Shown here: in pieces, positions 1 to 11,957 of the stretch
How positions within the stretch are numbered: the stretch's first letter is position 1
How the letters are laid out: every line of letters begins with the position of its first letter
Source: Eledone cirrhosa
Taxonomy: Eukaryota
Direction of reading: 5' to 3'
NCBI GenBank assembly: GCA_964016885.1
Contig: OZ024741.1
Span: 294,748,001-294,812,000 of the forward strand
DNA: 64,000 nucleotides
Made by a program: the position numbers and the translations under genes
Notes under the pieces: generated by a model
What the model was told of the DNA's origin: nothing
The model's database searches: none
The model's input: the letters and a program-made list of their open reading frames with translations, nothing else

Positions 1-801
1 TGTATTTCTGATAATGATAACATAAGTGAAATTATAATGAGTGTGGAAAGATGGGAGGAGCGAGAGATGTAGTGTGGTGAAAGAAGATAATTTAGTAGGT
101 GAAGGACAATAATGAAACATTAGTAAAAGAAATGGTAATGAAATAGAAAAGACAATGTAAAAGACAGCTGAATGAAAATAAAACTTAGTATTGATCTACT
201 ATTGAACATAAATTATTTATATCATTAATTGTTGTAGGGGTGGTAAATTCCCTCTTGTGACCTAGTTTTGATTCTAATTTAAAGCCATTTTCAGCAGATC
301 TCTCCATTTATCACTTAAGGAAAGCTGTGAACATTACAAATGTCATTTTTACTCTCCTCAGTGAAAGCATGTGACACAGTGGTTAGTACATTCAATTTAC
401 AATAACAGATTCATGGGTTCAATTCTTGGAAGTGTGTTGTGTCCTTAAGCAAGACACTTTATTTCACTAAATTGTACAGTAGATAATAATATAACAAGTT
501 CTATTCCACTGGTGACTTTTGAACAAGTGTATTTTACAATAGTCAATACAATGCTAACCAATACCTTGCGAGTGATTTGACTATATCGAAACTCTATAGA
601 CTTCAATGATATTCATACATATGTGCATGTGTGTGTCTATGTGTATATATATATGTTTAGGGAAGATGTGTCTCTTAATGCTGAAGGTAACTTAAGTTTC
701 ATTTTTAGAGTTTTAATATAAAATGAATTGTAAAACAATGTACATAAGTGCACAATACAATATTATTCAAATATAAGAAGGAATAAGTAATTTTTACTTA
801 C

Positions 802-884
802 CTTTTGACAGTGAGGTTGAAGAGTATATTGCCATAACCAATAGGTAACACAGTATTGTATTTATATCATTTGGTCTGTTAAAT
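802..884 (-). CDS. Possible isolated host exon encoding a hydrophobic, signal-peptide-like segment
   Basis: Minus strand tttcag|...AAAAG|gtaagt. Only one frame is open: FNRPNDINTILCYLLVMAIYSSTSLSK. No partner exon found. Confidence 0.28.
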
Positions 885-1639
885 CTGAAATTCATTAAAT
901 TAAGGTCTGTGAAACTGATGATTTGGTATATTATATATTATGTAGAAGGAATCTTTCAGTACAAAGATAATTATTTGATTATCAGCACTGAAGCACATAT
1001 TGTACAATTTCTATCAGCATTGCTTAAACCACTTAAGTAACAAATTCTACTAATTTTACTATTGTAAATGAAGGCTAATAATATTCACATGAATATTGCC
1101 TGAACATGTAGTTTTTGCTGAATATGAATTTGTTAGTAAAAAAAAAAAAGCAATATAAATTCATTGCTATCTTAAAATAAATGTCTAGGAAAGTAGATGA
1201 CAAAATTCAAAATGCTTTTGTGTGAGTGTATGAATGAATGTATGCTTACTAGAATACAAGAAGTAAGATAAGACATGTAATTTAATAAATAAAACTTTTG
1301 TTGTTAAAAAGACTTCACATGTCATCTTCAGTAATATGTTTCAACCATATTGTCTCTGTTTTTTGGAATGTTTTAAAAGTTGTTCTAGAAAGAAAATTTA
1401 AACACAATATAAAATAATTTCATTTTAAAAGAAAATTTCATCAACTGTTCGTAAATGTCTCTTGAGTACTATTTAATATTTTTTTCTTTTATTAAATGAC
1501 AAATGATGCGAAGTTAAGGACAATTGAAATGAACACTGAAGACAATTATTCCAAAATCATTATATAGTCAGAGACATGAATCTGGGAGAACAAATTAAAT
1601 TAATTTCTTAAACAAATGAATTCAACATGCTCCAATGTG

Positions 1640-1927
1640 AAGGCATGTGGCTTAGTGGTGAGGGTGTTGGACTGAAGATCATAATGTTGTGTTTGATTCC
1701 TGGAGTGGGTTGTGTGTTGTGTTCTTGAGCAAAACACTCCATTTTATGTTACTCCAGTATACTCAGCTGAAAATGAGTACCAGCAGCAATTACTGGGGGT
1801 TTAACCCTACAATGGACTGACATCCTGTCCTGGTGGGTGAAGGTGGGGGCATGTTATCTCAGTTGCTTCACACCATGGAAACTGGAATAAACTTTGATCT
1901 GATGAACCTCCGGGCTTGAGACAGACA
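1640..1927 (+). mobile_element. tRNA-derived SINE, family B
   Basis: ggcatgtggcttagtgg (A box), gtttgattcc (B box), gtgttcttgagcaaaacact...ccagtatactcagctgaaaatgagtacc. Homologous to 26115-26386. Confidence 0.78.
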
Positions 1928-3170
1928 TGCTCCATTGGATGTGTAATGTTAGTGTGCATAAATACTGAAGCACAGATGAGTTAAGAGAAAAAAATTATAT
2001 AAATGGAGTTTGATGTTGTGAGCAAGAGAGGTTGCTTTAGCATGGACAAGGTTGGGAGTTCAGTGGATAAGAAAAATGTGGATGTTAGGAAAGGAAGATA
2101 TGCATATAACTGAATCTCACAAAGAATATGACAAATTAATGACAAACTGAGTGATGTTGTGTTAGAGAGAATTTGGCCAACCTATACAGGTATGGGAAAA
2201 CAGATGTAAACATTAATGATTATGGTAAACTTTTGTTCTTTTATTTGGTATCACTCACTGAATGGCAGCAATGCTGAGTAAAATGATTGTGTATTTATAT
2301 TCAAAGAATCATGGGTAACCAATTCGATAGAGAACCAGATGACCAGATGAAGTAACTATTCTTATTACTACATATTTCTCAATTGGAACAAAGACAAATC
2401 TATGCACCTACATATTTACTCCATTTAGCTGTTCTAAGGTATGATTTAGAGATATAATTTCACACCAGTATAAACAGTTGTAAGATTGTAGAATTGTCAA
2501 ATATTTGAGGATTTGCAATGTTGAACATACAACATTCTCTAACTTGCAATAGATAAGGGTCCTATTCAGTATGATATTTACCGTACATCCATTCAGCACT
2601 AGTGAAATTGGGGCCAACATTTATGTAACATTACAAATTCCTAAATGATAAATAACATTTATACATCTTTTTTTAAATCTATAATGTCATAAATCCTATG
2701 TAAGCAACTGAAACATCATGATTTTAATGGAAAATCATGTGATTTAACTGTTCATGCTTGTGTGTATATTTGTGTATATATGCATGACTGCCTGTGTATA
2801 CATACATACATGCATATTTGTGTATACATACGTACATGCCCATGCCTGCTTATGTATGTGTAAAAATAAAACGTCAAGAAACAGAAATAAATTTTACACC
2901 AATTTTTGAAGTCTTTTTAGATTCTTTTATAATCCAGTATCGCTTAAATTCACTTGACATAGAAATTGTGAAATGCATGCATGAATGCATACATCCATGC
3001 ACTGGAATGTACATATATATAATACTGTGAAAATCTATATGTACTAAATTGTTGTTATAACATAAGTACAAACTGAGTTTTTCTAAGATTACAGTAATAT
3101 ATCTGAAGGTTGAGAAATAATTTGTTTGGGATATAGTTTGAGGTATATCAGAGATTAATTTCCAAAGGGA

Positions 3171-3436
3171 ATATCATGGTACCATCGCCAATTGAGCTGG
3201 CTGGATTCCCAAGCAAAACCAATTGAGGTTATTGATGTTATCCAACCGTCTTGCTAGGGGTAGACCCTAAGCAAGATGAATGGATAACCTCCAGTAGCTC
3301 AGCTAGTCTCACTTGGGAATCCACCCAAATCAATTGGAGACAGTTGCTTCTAGTAGGACCTTCTGGAAGGAATGCTTAAGGTCTCTACTCCCATGACCCT
3401 CCCAGGAATAAGTGGGCAAAAAAGATATCATGGTAC
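3171..3436 (+). other. ~240-bp insert flanked by 12-bp direct repeats, containing a long imperfect hairpin
   Basis: atatcatggtac at 3171-3182 and 3425-3436. 3185-3340 is self-complementary. Short A run before the right repeat. Confidence 0.7.
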
Positions 3437-3509
3437 TAATGTATCCATATCAACTATGAAGAACTATTTTCTTTAATTTGAAAGTTATCTATAAATATTT
3501 CTTACAACA

Positions 3510-3565
<56 letters not shown>

Positions 3566-3566
<1 letters not shown>

Positions 3567-3800
3567 ACAGTAAATATAGAGGATACGAAGAAGCTGGAGA
3601 GAAATAAGGCAATATGCATGAAATGTAAAGCATGAATAGACTGAGAGAAAAAATGGAATCGAATGTATTGTGCAAGAGAGACAACTGTGCTAATATGGAC
3701 GTTTGATGCATATGGATGCTGATTGTTGGCTGAATAAGTCTCTGAATAAGTGGAAGGAAGCTGCAAGCATGGAAAGGTGGATATAAAAGGATGATGATGA
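3566..3800 (+). mobile_element. Old, degenerate RTE 3' remnant
   Basis: Traces of ED..KLERN and QERQL..YG.LMHMD, ending gcatggaaaggtggatataaaaggatgatgatga. Confidence 0.5.
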
Positions 3801-5665
3801 TAATATGTACACACACACTCATATTTATGAAATTAAATTCTTTACTTTAGAACAAGTTTTGGAAATATCTTGTTTAACTGCTTTAATCCTATGATACCTC
3901 CCACTTTGATAAATTTCCAAAATTTGACTGTAATCCACTTTCAATTTTATTCTATTATTCTTACACACATTTATTTTCATTTTCCGACTGTCACTCACTC
4001 ACTCACTCTTTGACAGTCATCTACTTCCACAGTTTCTTGTGTGACAGTAAATATAAATGCAATATATATATATATCTCTCTCTCTCTCTATATATATATA
4101 TACATACATACGCGATGCCTATTCTTAAGCAATAATGAAGTCCTTTGGCCTTGGTCACAGTACATATGAAGTGATATGAACTATTGACCTTAACAAATCA
4201 GCCAAGAATTACTCTACAATGATTTTGTTAGATTAAATGAAAGAAGACTTGAAGGAGATTTTCCAGTCTATTTAGATATTCTGTTTGTAAATTATATCTA
4301 ATTTAAATTGATCTTAATGATCACACATTCACTCTGGCTGTGTATTCAGCCTTATATTGAGACCAGTAATTGGTACAATTTTCTAATTTAGATTCTTATC
4401 ATCTTGATCAATACTTTGGTAATCAAGCATTTTAAAGTTTTGTATAATATGTTTAGTTTTTATAATGTTACTTAAATCGAACCAAGATTAAGAAAATTTA
4501 CAATAATAGTTCATGTTGAGATCAAATATAAAACTCAAGATCACATACAGTAGAGAACATCAAGTTTCACTCTAGTAGAATATTGAATATGTTCACCTGT
4601 ATGGAACTTAGTTAAATTTGATACCATAAATGATCCAGTTTGGCAGTTTACTAATCAATTTTAGGTTTAACCACCTATATCTCAAACTTCAGTATTTAAA
4701 ATAGCAAATTACTGATACAGAATTTGAGATCTGAATAAGGGTGGTAATTTATAAGGCTACCTTTTGGTTGTATTCTAGTGCTTCTCTAATTAAAATCACT
4801 ACTTTAATTGTAATTTAAGAACATGGAAAATATTTTTTTTTGAAAATGTCCATTATGATTTCATTTTTGTGCTAGTTGTGTCAAATTCTGAATATGGAAT
4901 GTTGTGTTAAAACAGATATCGTTGTACTGCAAATAAAAGAATATGTACTGGTTATATATTTCATTTCAGTTTTATTAATCAATTATATAATTAGTTAATT
5001 AATCAGTTGATTAATTGGCCTATGTGATTAATAAAAATAAAGTGAAATGCAACCGGTATGTGTTTTTAATTGGTAGTGTGACCCTCCTTAAGTACAGCAA
5101 TAACTATTAAAAAATATTTTTCATTTAAAGTTATTACTTTTTTCAACTTGAATTTCTTCCATCTATAAGATTTGTTGTTAGTTTTAGATTTCTAAGTTTT
5201 TTTTACAACAATTCTTTATATTTTGGATAGTTTTCAGTTATTAGCAAACTGGCTGAGGGTGTCAGAAATAATGATTTATACTATAGGCACAAGGCCAGCT
5301 ATTTTGGGGAGGAGGGGAAAGTCGATTAAATCAACTCCAGTGCATTACTTGAGCTTTAGCTCATCAACCCTGTTATGATGAAAGGCAAAGCTAAGCCCAG
5401 TTGGAGTTGAACTCAGAACGTAAAGGGCCGTAGCTCTATGCTGCAAAGCATAGAGGGCATCAGAAATAATTGTTTCTACTTTTGACACAAGGTCAGCAAT
5501 TACTCCAGTTCATTACTGGTGTTTTATTTTATTGATCCCTTTTTTTTTTTATTATTATATTAACATTAATATATACTATATGTTTTGACCAACATTAATA
5601 TAAATTATTTAATCCTCACATGCTTTTCTATGAGTAAAAGGAAAGTAGAAATATGTGAATTCAAA

Positions 5666-6940
5666 AAAATAAATTCCAAACTTGGAAGCATGGCCTAGAA
5701 TCAAAAGGCCTTAACATTAACTTGTCTAAGACTAAAGTTCTAGTATGTAGGAAGGAAAATAGGGCACTGGTCCCCTCTGGGAAATGGCCATGCTCAGTGT
5801 GTAGGAAAAGAGTAGGCAGAAACTCCATTTTATGTCCCAAATGCAAAGTATGGGTGCATAAAAGATGTAGTGGTATCACAGGTAAGCTAACTAAGAACAT
5901 AGATTTTATATGTGGCCGGTGCTCAGGTGCAATAAGTAGTAGCAAGTGCCCACAGGATACTAGCTCCTTCCATTGCCCAGATGGTTCTATAGAAATTGTG
6001 GGTGACAAAATCAGCAGTGGTGGAGGGTGCTATGAAAGTACAGTAGCTAGAGTCAGAACGGGATGGAAAAAGTTCAGAGAGCTTATACCACTATTGGCCG
6101 CTAAAGGTTTCTCTCTAAAAATGAAAGGTAGACTGTATGATGCCTGCATACGAACAGCAATGTTACATGGCAGTGAGACATGGGCATTGTGCACAGACTG
6201 GAGAGGAACGAAGCTTGCATGCTCCGTTGGATGTGTAATAGTAATATATGTGAACGGGAAAGCATATATGGACTAAGTGAGAAATTAGGAATAAGAGGGA
6301 TCAGATGCTGTTTACTCGAGAGAAGACTACGTTGGTATGGTCACGTGATGCGCATGAAAGACGACAGCTGTATAAAAAAGTGCAGGAAGATCAAAATAGA
6401 TGGTAGCTACGGAGTAGGCAGACCCAGAAAAACCTGTGACGATTTGATAAATTCCGACCTCACACACTTACACATCTCCAAGACAATGTCACTGGACTGA
6501 GATCTTTCGTGCTATGCAGTAATACAGAAGACCTGCCTTGCCTAAGTACAAAGCAAAACCTACAGTTAGTAGGCACCTCTTAACCAAAAATACACCCCCA
6601 TCCCACTACCCATACCCCCACCCCATCTACACCACTCCTTTCGCTGTAAAGTTATGTTGGTATCACAACATCCAGTCCTAAATAAATTAGGTTGTGTAGG
6701 TGTCACGAAAAAAAAACACAGTCCACGCTGTAATGTGGCCAAGTAGGTAACATGGTAAAAACCTTCCAGTCCACACTGTAAACGTGGTTGGTGTTAGGAA
6801 GGGCATCCAGCCGTAGAAACCCGCCAGACAGTCCTATACGAGCAAGACAACTAATCTTGCCTCAAGTGGGACAATTCCCGTCTAAACCCATGATAGCGTG
6901 GAAGATAGACGTTAAACGATGATGATGGTGATGATGATGA
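5666..6940 (+). mobile_element. RTE LINE 3' fragment
   Basis: ORFs 5722-6276 and 6180-6500 (KTKVL, PHD-like Cys/His array, LHGSETW, RRLRWYGHVMR), 3' UTR and (GAT)n tail. Confidence 0.9.
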
Positions 6941-8988
6941 ATTCCACAAACAAATGGTGAAGAAAATGCCAGGTTATTTGGCTTATTAAGGCATACATTT
7001 GACTGTTTTTAACTTAAAGATGATATTAGTATCCACCAGTATGTCAATGTAGAATTTTTGACTAAATAAAATTAAGCATTTTTGGTTCCAGTGGCATAGT
7101 AGTTGGGGTGTTTGACTTGCTATTGTAAAGTCGTACGTTTGATTCCTAGAGCAAGACAGTTCATTTCACACTGTTCCTGTTCACTCAGTTTAAAACATGA
7201 GTACCAGCAGCAGCAGAGATTTAAACTTGTGACAGACTGGCATCCAATCCAGGGAAGAGTTATGTCTCACAGGCACCTAATGCCACATGAAAGAGTGATA
7301 AACTGTGGGGGATGAGTTTCTAGGCACAACAAAGATTTTACATTAACACAATACAAATGAATTAAACTATGAATCTTGTAACTTAACCATTTAACCACAA
7401 CCTCCATAATGTTGTATGATATATTGAAACCTCTGCCTGCAAATGTAGAAGTTCTACAAGTTAATAAAATCTTTTAATGACAATTTAATTTTGTTATTTA
7501 GAAATCCATATTGAAATTTTCTCAGCTTACTATATGGAGATAAAACCACTAGTTATAAATTGTATAGAAAATAATCAATAAATCAAATTAATATATTTTT
7601 TCACAAATATACCATAAACAGGAGCCTCCATGAATAAAGGAAATCAATTTTTCCATGCTTTACCAATAAAGGTATTTATAGCTCTTCTGTTGAATCCTAA
7701 AGTATTAATATTTGGATGTGATTTATTAGCAAGAAAAATATGCAGATTTATATTTTATATAATGATATCCATTCTTTCTGTCAAACTCACTGAAATCTGT
7801 TTTTAATCTATTTTTCCCAATAAAAGACTAACCAATTATTCCATTATAAGGCATATATCAATGCAATATTTAAGCTAATAAAACAAAATGTTGATTTTGG
7901 TTTTCTAAATATTCTCTATAAAACTGTTTTGTTAAATCCTATTTCAGTTGAGTGAATTTCAGCTACGAAATGAATTAAAATTCTTTCTAGATACTGGTTT
8001 ATTAAGAGATATATTTTATATATCTTTTCTTTGTCATGGTATTTGTGAGAAGATTTGAACACAGAAAAAAGAAGGGACATATAATATTTCTAAAATGAAA
8101 TAAAATGAACACTATGAAATGTTTGTTCTAAAACTATACCATTTCTTCCAATTTGCTCTTGGTATATTCAATAATTTAGATATATCTTTCTTAAAATCTG
8201 TAGACTTGTATAACTTTTGATATTGAGTTTTCAGCAATATTTCTTCTGTTGCTATTTTCATTGCCAGACATTTCAATATTCTCTTTTTATATATGGGGTT
8301 TAAAACGCAATATATGAGCATTGCTACATGTGTCCCATTCCAAAGAAAGGCAATGTCTTCAAACCTGCTTACAATAGATCTGTTTTCATTTGCAAAATAT
8401 CAAACTGGCTTGAGTCAGTACATAGACAACAACATCTTTCTTATCATTGAGTCTTCAATATTCACAACTATGCTTTCTAGAGTGGTCAGAAAATCATTTC
8501 CTTTCTCTCTTTCCCCCACTTTCCATTTCTTCTTGCTGCTACTTTTCTTCACTTCTTCTTCCGTCCTTTCTCAATCTCCTCTGGTCTTCCCTTACCCCTT
8601 CTCCTACCCACCTACTCATCTTGTTTGTCACTTCCGCAGTACCAGGGCTTTTGTTGTCTTTTCTAGTGATGACTCGGTGCTAAGAGGATGCATTTTACTC
8701 TTTCATCTGTCTGTCTATCTATCTAATTCATTCATTTTATCACATGAACATCTTACCAGCAGAAATATTTATTTTTCTGATGTTAGAGCTGGCAATTATA
8801 TATGGTCCTCTCAAATTAAAGTGTATGAAACCTCGGCCTGTCTGAGAGTTGAAGAAGTTAAAAGATGTGTGTGTAATCGTATATTGTTCATTTCTCATAT
8901 ATTGCTCCACACTTCAAGCTGCTTGGTTCTCTCCTTTGAGGTAAATTTTACCCAACATGAATGTATGCTTCAGCCTGTCCTCATCGCA

Positions 8989-9024
<36 letters not shown>

Positions 9025-9051
9025 TAGGCATCGGCATTAAACAATTTGAAC

Positions 9052-9120
9052 CACTCTGGCGTGGAATCAAAACCTGGTCTCCCACATGACAGGTAGGGAT
9101 ACTTATCACTATATTACCGA
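9052..9120 (-). pseudogene. Degenerate tRNA-Asp(GTC) pseudogene or tRNA-derived SINE head
   Basis: tcggtaatatagtgataagtatccctacctGTCatgtgggagaccaggttttgattccacgccagag aligns by eye to eukaryotic tRNA-Asp. CpG decay; first bases missing. Confidence 0.75.
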
Positions 9121-9334
9121 TATATATATGTGTGTTTTGAAACTTTAAATGATGTAATCTCTTGATAAGTTGGCAAACCTCACAAAAATACTGCATCTCT
9201 ATGATGTAATGTTTTTGCAAAGTAGCCACGAAACTGCGCAGTCGAGAATGTAGAGGAATATTGGGTATTTATATTTTTTTTATTTATGTCTAATGTTTCT
9301 TCTTTCTTTATAATGTATTATATATATATTTATT

Positions 9335-9400
<66 letters not shown>

Positions 9401-10126
9401 TAAGCACACACACACACACACACACACACGTGTATATATATATCTGTGCAGACATTGATAACAGGATTCACTATAAAAGTACAAAAACCAAAAATTGATG
9501 ATTAAGTGATTTAAGTTTACTGCTTTTACTTAATGGCTACAATTAAAATGTGTCAGATTTTTGTTTGTTTTCATTAATTTCCTACTCTTATGTACATAAT
9601 ATTAGTCTATTATCATTTCATTTCTTATTTTTGTATTCTCTTATGTTATTTTTTCTAACCATTACACTATATGATCTGTTAAGAAGGAAAAAGTGATAAA
9701 GGTTAGAACCTAAATGTAGAAATTGTAATTGAATATTGGAGATTACATCTCTCTCTCTATATGAAAAGATTCAGGACCCCAACGGCTGAGCTCCGGCCAT
9801 TTCGACACCTAGATCCGAACTGCATATATATATGCATATATATGCTGCAAAAGGCAAGCAAAAATAAAAAAGCAAACAACACAGTTCAATGAAGAAAGAT
9901 GTTATATATATTTATATATATATATATTATATATATTGTAGTAACTGGTTAATTGATAAAAGTAGAATCCAATAACTGAGATTGTAATATATTAAAAAAG
10001 AGAGATTGTGGCAATAGTAAAGTAAAGGGAGAATGAGATGTTGTCTAAGTGTGTGTGGGGGGGGACATAGTGAATGCAAATAATATCGCAGAGAGAAAGA
10101 GTGTGTGTGTTTATATATATATATAT

Positions 10127-10158
<32 letters not shown>

Positions 10159-10161
<3 letters not shown>

Positions 10162-10258
10162 GGTGTCCCCAAAAAATGTATACATACTTCAACAACATTC
10201 TAATAAATGTTGCCTGTACAGGTAATCAAAATGTGTATACTATTTTAGGGTCACCCTG
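10159..10258. mobile_element. Tc1/mariner-type MITE
   Basis: Imperfect TIRs cagggtgtcccc..aaaatgtatac / gtatactattttagggtcaccctg. Confidence 0.6.
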
Positions 10259-11450
10259 TGTATATATATATATTTACATACACACATCCTCTCTCCTGCA
10301 GTATAGATGTATGATGAGAATTATATATATAGAGAGAGAGGTAAACAAATAGAAATAGATAAAGAGAAATAGATACTGACAGAGAGACAAAGAATGAGAA
10401 TTATTTCATCAGTGTTACTGTATCTAAATGTTTTATTGATTGTTGAATATTTGTCCTCTTTCTCAAGCAAATTTCATTATAGTGTTTTCAAGTTTCACTA
10501 TACTTTATCAGCCTATCATGTTTTCCTATCTCTTCTGTCATTCATTTCTATCCATCATCATCATCGTCATCATTATTCCTTTCCTTTCTACCCTTTGGTA
10601 CTCTACTTTCTAGTTCCTTTGTATCGGTTTCTCTGATGCGTTTTAACTTTTATCTTTTTCTCTGTTCTGCTGCTTCTTTTCTTCTTGTCTTTCTATGTCC
10701 TTTTCATATTTTTCAACAGTGTTCTTTATTTTTCTGTCTTTCTCTTGTATTCAGATGATGTTAGGTTGATAACCATGGTAACAAACAACAAGCAGTGTTG
10801 TTTGTCATCACAGATTCTGTAGGAACAAAACTACAGATCTCTGGAATTCCTGCTTGCGAGAATATATTCATTTACATAATCTTTCAGCTTAATAAATTTG
10901 AATTGAAATGAAATGGAATCCTATTCAAATGTTTTCAGAAAGGAAAAGCCTTCTGTTTTGGGAAAGATGCTATTTCTAAATAGAATGCTGCATAGTTAAT
11001 GACCTTTTATATTGCACCTTATTGTTGTGTGTGTGCGCGCATGTTTCTGTTTGTGTGTGTGCCTCTGTGTTTGTGTGTGTGTTTTTTTGTTGGCGTTTGT
11101 GTGTGTTTCCATGTGCCTAACACACACACACCCGATTATTTCTTTAAATTAGACAAAGTGTTTTGTTTAGTAAAGGAGGGTAAAAAAGAACTTATCATCC
11201 TTTTTGGGGGCACTGAAGTTGTTTGACAGGAAGGAGGAAGGTATCCTGAAATAGATGAGCTGGCCCAAATGTTTGCAACAAAGTGACCTCTGTTAAAGGT
11301 ACACAAAGGCAAGGTGGTTCTGTTAAACTGGTTGATGTGTTATGTCTATCACCTAAGTAGGTCAGAGCAGGATTTCATCTGAAACAAGTACCACAAAATA
11401 TTCTCTAAAGATTCTGCCAATAAACTATTCTGAATTAGTGTTTTGTTTAA

Positions 11451-11681
11451 CCCTTTCATGACTGCATTTCTAATGAATACCCCCTATTTTAATTAATTAA
11501 TGAAGAATTTTGTGGAATTTACTAAAATTATTAATTATTTCATTACTAATATAATAACTTAATGTAAGGTTCTTATATAAAATTATGTTGGAAGATTTTG
11601 ATTTAAATTGGAAACCTTTAAAATGGGTGGTTTTATTTTATAGAACCACAGCAGGTTTTGGCCGGGTTGGTAACTAAAATG
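11451..11681. mobile_element. TTAA-flanked MITE with CCCTTT terminus (piggyBac-like)
   Basis: TTAA|CCCTTTC...AAAATG|TTAA. Inverted homolog at 15188-15414. Confidence 0.65.
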
Positions 11682-11898
11682 TTAATCAAGGAAGGAAGAA
11701 TAGAAGTCAAATATGGCCTTGACAAAATTAGAACTAAGAGTCTAGAGAGCTAGAATAAATCCTGCAAGTATGGGGATGTATACTTTTATATAATATTTTG
11801 ATGCTTACTTTTATCTTCCTCAAACTGCCAGTGATTTGAGTCATTTTAGTATCCAAAGAAACAGCATGGAAAGTGACTTTATAAGTTCTTGGTATTTG

Positions 11899-11957
<59 letters not shown>

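Noticed and set aside
2408-2620. 70-aa minus-strand ORF in unique sequence
   Set aside because: Length expected by chance; no motif or convincing splice signals.
8777-8848. CTGATGT...GAAAC...GTC hammerhead-like spacing
   Set aside because: Core is mutated and stems I and II could not be paired convincingly.
8293-9027. 244-aa ORF
   Set aside because: Low-complexity pyrimidine-rich middle, ends in (TA)n, no recognisable domain.
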